Positions 59,065 to 64,000 of a DNA stretch of 64,000 nt are shown piece after piece. Source of the stretch: Thermodesulfobacteriota bacterium (GTDB lineage Bacteria; Desulfobacterota; Desulfarculia; JACQYL01); assembly GCA_963675595.2 (NCBI GenBank), contig CAXXLZ010000002.1:2784001-2848000 (forward strand), in the 5' to 3' direction. Below the pieces are notes generated by a model. It ran no database searches and had not been told where the DNA came from. It was given only the letters and a program-made list of their open reading frames with translations. Numbering within the stretch: position 1 is the stretch's first letter; each line of letters begins with the position of its first letter. The translations under genes were made by a program, and so were the position numbers.

Positions 59065-61383
59065 ATGCAGTCCTTTTATAAAATATCCGGTTTCAAAGAG
59101 GGAAGCCGCGTCAGTTCCAGAGACCTTGAAGAAGGAATCCAGGAAGCCATCCGTGAAGGACGCCTCAACCTGGAAATCGACGCGCACGGCCAGCACGGCA
59201 TCGGAGGTCGTCTCTGGAAAGCGGGCAACCGCAAAGTCCACGTCCGCGTCACTGGATTTCCCGGCCAACGTTTGGGCGCCATGGGCTTTCCCAACACCAC
59301 CATCGAATGCATGGGGCCGGCTTCGGACGATACCGGCTGGCTTAACGTGGGGGCGGAGATCATCATTCACGGGGATGCCACCAACGGTACCGCCAACGCC
59401 ATGGCCCAAGGCAAGATCTATGTGGGGGGCCGAATCGGCGCGCGCGGCATGACCATGACCAAGTTCAACCCCAGGTTCGATCCCCCGGAACTGTGGGTTT
59501 TGGGGTCCGCCGGCGATTCCTTCGCGGAATTCATGGCCGGGGGAATCGCCGTTGTTTGCGGCGTCAATCCCCATGATCGAAGAAAGGTACTTGGTTACCG
59601 ACCCTGCGTCGGCATGGTGAGCGGCAAGATTTTTTTCAGGGGTCCCCAGGAAGCCGTGAGCCAGCACGATGTGAAGCAGGTGGATCTGGACGACGAGAAC
59701 TGGCATTGGCTGGAGGAAAGGATTCCGATCTTTCTGAAGAAGATCCGTCGGGAAGACCTGCTCAACACCCTGCTGAATCGGTCCGAATGGCAATACATCA
59801 CCGACAAGACGGCTTTTGAGAAGAAGAAGAAAGCTCGTCGCGCCATGGCCGACTTCCGACACAAGGTGTGGGAATCGGAGTTGGGATCCGGAGGAATGAT
59901 TGGAGACATTGTGGATCAGGCTGATCCCATTCCCCTCATCGTCACGGGAGATCTCCGCCGATTCGCCCCCGTTTGGGAGCACGCCAAAGCCATGCCTCCC
60001 TGTCAGTTCCATTGCCCTTCCGGTATCCCGGTTCACCGACGCTGGTCGCTGGTTCGCAATGGTCAACTTCAGGAGGCCTTGGATTTGTCCTTGCAGTACA
60101 GCCCTCTGCCTGCAACGGTATGCGGTTACCTGTGTCCGAATCTGTGCATGCAGAACTGCACGAGGAAACAAAGTCTCATGGACCCGGTGGACGTTTCCGC
60201 CCTGGGCCAGGCAAGCATCAAAGCGATCCCGCCGGAACCGGCTCCCCCGACCAACCATTCCGTGGCGGTAATCGGAAGCGGCCCCGCGGGGCTTTCCGTA
60301 GCGTGGCAACTCGCCCTCAAAGGACATCGCGTGACCGTGGTGGATCGGGAACCCAATCTTGGCGGTAAACTCAAGGCCGTCATCCCGGTGGAGCGCATAC
60401 CGGAGGAAGTTCTCGACGCCGAATTGGCGCGACTGGGCGAACTGATCGCCGAGTTTCAGTCCGGAGTCGAGGTGAATGCCGAGGTTTTCGATAATCTCAA
60501 GCGCACACACGAATATATCGTCATCGCCGTAGGAGCCAACGCACCCAAGACCCTGCCCATTCAGGGCGGAGAGCGAGCCGTGACCTCCCTCGAGTTCCTT
60601 CGCAAAGCGAGAAGCGGAGGCGTGATGAACGTGGGAAACGACGTGGTCATCATCGGTGCGGGGAATGTGGGGTGTGACGTTGCCACCCAGGCCGCCCGCT
60701 ACGGCGCCAAGAACGTGGTCCTTGTCGACGTTCAGGAACCGGCTTCTTTCGGAAAGGAGCGCATGGCGGCTCAGAGTATCGGAGCCAAGTTCCTGTGGCC
60801 GAAGTTCGTTGAAAGAATTACGCCGGATGCCGTGCAGTTCAAAGATGGTGATCGTCTTCTCGCCGATACCGTGGTGGTTTCCATTGGCGACGTTCCGGTG
60901 TTGGACTTCATTCCCGAGACGGTGGTTACGGAAAGAGGACACATCAAGGTGGACGAAACGGCTCAAACCAGCGATCCGCAGGTGTTCGCCATCGGAGACG
61001 TGGTCAAGCCCGGCCTGATTACGGACGCCATCGGTATGGGCCGAATCGCGGCGGAAAAGATCGATGCTCTGCTCAAAGGCGAAGCTTACAGCGTCCCCAC
61101 CAAGACGAAGGCGGACACTTCTCTGGTGCAGCCCTCTTATTTTGAACCCAGGCCGACCGCCTGTGACCTGGTGAGCCAAGCCAACTCGTGCGCCTCCTGC
61201 GGCACGTGCAGAGACTGCGGAATCTGCCAAACCATCTGTCCCACTTCCGCCATTGATCGGCGAGAAGAGGACGGCGATCCCATCCTGTCCTGTAACCCGG
61301 ACCGGTGCATTGGTTGTGGATTCTGCGTGGCCGCCTGCCCGTGCGGCATCTGGAGGCTGGAAGAGAACACGGCCATCGGCTGA
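59065..61383 (+). CDS. Glutamate synthase GXGXG domain fused to a GltD-like FAD/NAD(P)H oxidoreductase and ferredoxin
   Basis: GQRLGAMG, FAEFMAGG, PCQFHCP, IGSGPAG, IGAGNVG, C-terminal CxxCxxCxxxCP pairs. Confidence 0.9.
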   Translation: MQSFYKISGFKEGSRVSSRDLEEGIQEAIREGRLNLEIDAHGQHGIGGRLWKAGNRKVHVRVTGFPGQRLGAMGFPNTTIECMGPASDDTGWLNVGAEIIIHGDATNGTANAMAQGKIYVGGRIGARGMTMTKFNPRFDPPELWVLGSAGDSFAEFMAGGIAVVCGVNPHDRRKVLGYRPCVGMVSGKIFFRGPQEAVSQHDVKQVDLDDENWHWLEERIPIFLKKIRREDLLNTLLNRSEWQYITDKTAFEKKKKARRAMADFRHKVWESELGSGGMIGDIVDQADPIPLIVTGDLRRFAPVWEHAKAMPPCQFHCPSGIPVHRRWSLVRNGQLQEALDLSLQYSPLPATVCGYLCPNLCMQNCTRKQSLMDPVDVSALGQASIKAIPPEPAPPTNHSVAVIGSGPAGLSVAWQLALKGHRVTVVDREPNLGGKLKAVIPVERIPEEVLDAELARLGELIAEFQSGVEVNAEVFDNLKRTHEYIVIAVGANAPKTLPIQGGERAVTSLEFLRKARSGGVMNVGNDVVIIGAGNVGCDVATQAARYGAKNVVLVDVQEPASFGKERMAAQSIGAKFLWPKFVERITPDAVQFKDGDRLLADTVVVSIGDVPVLDFIPETVVTERGHIKVDETAQTSDPQVFAIGDVVKPGLITDAIGMGRIAAEKIDALLKGEAYSVPTKTKADTSLVQPSYFEPRPTACDLVSQANSCASCGTCRDCGICQTICPTSAIDRREEDGDPILSCNPDRCIGCGFCVAACPCGIWRLEENTAIG

Positions 61384-61470
61384 ACGGCGGCGGAGGCTTT
61401 CGGTTGCAGGCCGTGCCGAAACCGTACCCGACCGGAACGAACGACTTGAGATCAGGACAAAGTACTGCTT

Positions 61471-63111
61471 ATGCGCATCGGTTTGGCACAGCTCAACCCG
61501 GTGGTGGGTGATCTCGAAACCAATTCGAGACTTATCCTCGAAGGGATCGACAGAGCTAAGAAGGAGGATTGCCGCATGGTGATCTTCCCCGAGCAATGCC
61601 TCGTGGGATACCCCCTGCGCGACCTCCTGGAACGATCCGCTTTTGTGGATGCCAATCTCGAGGCGTTGGCGGCACTGGTTCCCCACACTCGTGGGATCGC
61701 GGCTCTAGTGGGCTATGTGGCGCGAAATCCGGAGCCGTCGGGAAAGGCCGTCGTCAATGCGGTAGCCCTTATTGACGACGGCGTATTTGTGGCGCAAGGC
61801 GGAAAGAACCTGTTGCCCTCTTATGACGTTTTCGACGAAACGCGCTACTTCGATCCCTTCGGCTCCCCTCTGATTCACACCATCGAAGGGGTACGCATGG
61901 GTTTCACGGTATGCGAAGACGTCTGGAACGACAAAGACCAGTGGAGTCGCCCTCTTTATAAAATGGACCCGGTCCAAGACCTGTGCGGCCGTGGAATCGA
62001 CTTGTTGATCAACGTCTCCGCTTCTCCCTATCATAAGGGAAAGATATCGTTCCGCGAGACCATGCTGGGCAAGCTCGCCCGAAAATACCGAATGCCGATG
62101 ATCTATTTGAACCAAGTGGGCGGCATGGACGAGCTTATTTTCGACGGCGCCAGCATGGTCTTCGACCAAACCGGGACCACGGTGGCCAGGGCGGCCGAAT
62201 TCGAATCGGATTTCATTGTATGGGACACGGATACCGGTGACGGAGAAATCCGGCCTTCTTCAGAAACTCAGGAAGTCTCCGTGCTGAAAGCACTTACGCT
62301 GGGACTGCGGGATTACCTCGGCAAATGCGGCTTCCGACAGGCGGTGATCGGCCTCAGCGGCGGCATCGATTCCTCCCTCGTGGCGTGCATCGCGGCCCGA
62401 GCTTTGGGTCCTTCCAATGTGATGGGCGTAAGTATGCCGTCGCCGTACACTTCGGACATGAGCCGTGAAGACGCCCGCCGGCTGGCGGAAAACCTGGGCA
62501 TATCCTTCATGGAGATCCCCATCGAGCCGCTTATGGCCTCCTTCAAGAAATCTCTCTCCCCGCTGTTCAAAGACAGGCCGGAGGATCACACGGAGGAGAA
62601 CATCCAGGCCCGAATTCGAGGCAATCTCCTCATGGCCGTTTCCAACAAGTTCGGATCGCTGCTGCTGAGCACGGGCAACAAATCGGAAATGTCCGTGGGG
62701 TACTGCACGCTGTACGGGGATATGTGCGGCGCGGTGTCCGTCATCGGAGACGTTCCAAAGACGCTCTGCTATGCGCTGGCGCGTTTGATCAACGCCGATT
62801 CGGAGATCATCCCGGAACGAGTCATCCATCGCCCTCCCAGCGCGGAGCTTAAACCCGACCAGACCGATCAGGACGTGCTGCCCCCGTACGACGCGTTGGA
62901 CGATATTCTTTACGCAGCCGTGGAACTGAATCAGAGTATTCAAGAGATCACGGACCGAGGCCACGATGAAGCCGTGGTTCGGGAAGTTCTTTTGCGGATG
63001 GACCGAAACGAATACAAGAGAGCTCAGGCCGCGCCGGTGCTGAAAGTCACGACTCGGGCCTTTGGGTTCGGACGCCGCTACCCCATCGCCCATACGGGAA
63101 CGGTCTATTGA
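61471..63111 (+). CDS. nadE: Glutamine-dependent NAD+ synthetase
   Basis: Nitrilase domain (FPE, VCEDVW), GLSGGIDS, ENIQARIRG, TGNKSE, PSAEL. Confidence 0.95.
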   Translation: MRIGLAQLNPVVGDLETNSRLILEGIDRAKKEDCRMVIFPEQCLVGYPLRDLLERSAFVDANLEALAALVPHTRGIAALVGYVARNPEPSGKAVVNAVALIDDGVFVAQGGKNLLPSYDVFDETRYFDPFGSPLIHTIEGVRMGFTVCEDVWNDKDQWSRPLYKMDPVQDLCGRGIDLLINVSASPYHKGKISFRETMLGKLARKYRMPMIYLNQVGGMDELIFDGASMVFDQTGTTVARAAEFESDFIVWDTDTGDGEIRPSSETQEVSVLKALTLGLRDYLGKCGFRQAVIGLSGGIDSSLVACIAARALGPSNVMGVSMPSPYTSDMSREDARRLAENLGISFMEIPIEPLMASFKKSLSPLFKDRPEDHTEENIQARIRGNLLMAVSNKFGSLLLSTGNKSEMSVGYCTLYGDMCGAVSVIGDVPKTLCYALARLINADSEIIPERVIHRPPSAELKPDQTDQDVLPPYDALDDILYAAVELNQSIQEITDRGHDEAVVREVLLRMDRNEYKRAQAAPVLKVTTRAFGFGRRYPIAHTGTVY

Positions 63112-63210
63112 AGTCTATTGAAACGGGAGTGTGTGTAACCGCGGACGTTCATCCGTTCGAAAAAGCATGAAACAAGCGCGGGTCCATCGGACCCGGCACA
63201 ATCCAACAGC

Positions 63211-63353
63211 CCGTTGAAAAAGTCGGATTATTGCGGATTGTTGAAAATCGATGGTATGCAAGGCGCGCAAATCCCTGAGAACGAGACGGACATAAAGGTG
63301 CGTCCCGGCAAAGAGGGATGAAGCACAACGCCGCGGATCGCGTTCTTCAACGG
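63211..63353. repeat. REP/MITE-like intergenic element with terminal inverted repeats
   Basis: CCGTTGAAAA...TTCTTCAACGG ends; internal ATGCAAGGCGCGCAAA and GCACAACGCCGCGGAT resemble multicopy elements recalled from Desulfobacterota genomes. Confidence 0.55.
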
Positions 63354-63582
63354 TCCGCCGAGGTCGGGCGGCCCGCCGCCCTTGACGAAAACCAAGCTAA
63401 CGAAGGTGGAAGAGAAGTGCCGGCACAGCGCTACACAACACCTTAAGTCGGCAAGGTGCAACGCCTTTCCGACGACGCGCATCAACCTTTCTGCCGGGCC
63501 GGGTAATCATGGGGGCCCGTCCGCCGGTGATTCATGAGATTGTATGCGCGATTCCCCGAAAAACACGTTTAGGAGGCAAGAC

Positions 63583-64000
63583 ATGGATTCCCCGAAGACC
63601 CCGAAAGACGTACTCCAGATGATCGAAGAAAACGATGTCAAGATGGTCGACCTTCGATTCATGGACTTCCCCGGCCTGTGGCAACACTTCTCCGTTCCGG
63701 CTCGAGAAATCGAAGAAGATACCTTCGAGTCCGGTCTGGGTTTTGACGGATCGAGCATCCGCGGTTGGCAGGCCATCAACGAATCGGACATGCTCGTGAA
63801 GCCCGTCCCCGAGTCCGCGTTCATCGATCCTTTTTTCGAACACAACACATTGGTCATGATCTGCAACATCTGTGACCCGGTCACCGGGGAAGACTACACC
63901 CGCGATCCCAGAAACATCGCCCGAAAGGCCGAAAACTACCTCCTCAGCTCGGGAATCGCCGACACGGCCTACTTCGGTCCCGAAGCCGAGTTCTTCATTT
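63583..64000 (+). CDS. glnA: Glutamine synthetase type I, 5' part; runs off the window end
   Basis: RBS AGGAGG; VDLRFMDFPGLWQH, FDGSSIRGWQAINESDM, YTRDPR, AYFGPEAEFF. Confidence 0.97.
   Translation, partial: MDSPKTPKDVLQMIEENDVKMVDLRFMDFPGLWQHFSVPAREIEEDTFESGLGFDGSSIRGWQAINESDMLVKPVPESAFIDPFFEHNTLVMICNICDPVTGEDYTRDPRNIARKAENYLLSSGIADTAYFGPEAEFFI

Noticed and set aside
58906-61686. Long antisense ORFs (926 aa here; also 40314-41621, 49307-50695, 50646-52088, 52358-53716)
   Set aside because: They are shadow frames of well-supported genes in GC-rich DNA and have no recognisable motifs
1-64000. CRISPR array, tRNA/rRNA genes, prophage, transposase or known anti-phage defence operon
   Set aside because: No regularly spaced repeats, tRNA arms, integrase/transposase or phage genes were recognised. 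The nucleoside deoxyribosyltransferase and macrodomain genes are isolated, with no defence context.

Overview
A ~60% GC chromosomal window. Gene content and small-protein families point to an anaerobic Desulfobacterota (Syntrophobacterales-like) bacterium; this is an inference, not a classification result. No rRNA, tRNA, CRISPR array, prophage or transposase was recognised. Housekeeping genes include plsY, coaE, miaA-mutL, truA, argC, rplM-rpsI, mgtE, thiD, cytX, a three-gene split glutamate synthase, nadE and a partial glnA. Three modules stand out. (1) At 475-10827 (-), hdrC-hdrB-hdrA has no mvhD/flx partner and is followed by a lipoyl-carrier protein (LbpA/GcvH type), a lipoate ligase, a LipS2-type radical SAM enzyme, Mrp and a TauE exporter. 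This suggests a lipoate-coupled heterodisulfide reductase system. (2) At 34847-37888 (-), an apparent operon encodes a pseudo-receiver/coiled-coil protein (AglZ/FrzS-like architecture), an actin most similar to haloarchaeal volactin, and a bactofilin. It is a candidate undescribed cytoskeletal system. (3) At 49031-52196 (+), a porin is paired with a secreted diheme GEGP-motif protein that ends in a tandem repeat. Several small ORFs below the ORF-track cutoff, structured leaders (including an atoC-like Met-Pro-stop element) and a REP/MITE-like repeat were also found. All family assignments come from motif recognition by eye; no database searches were run.
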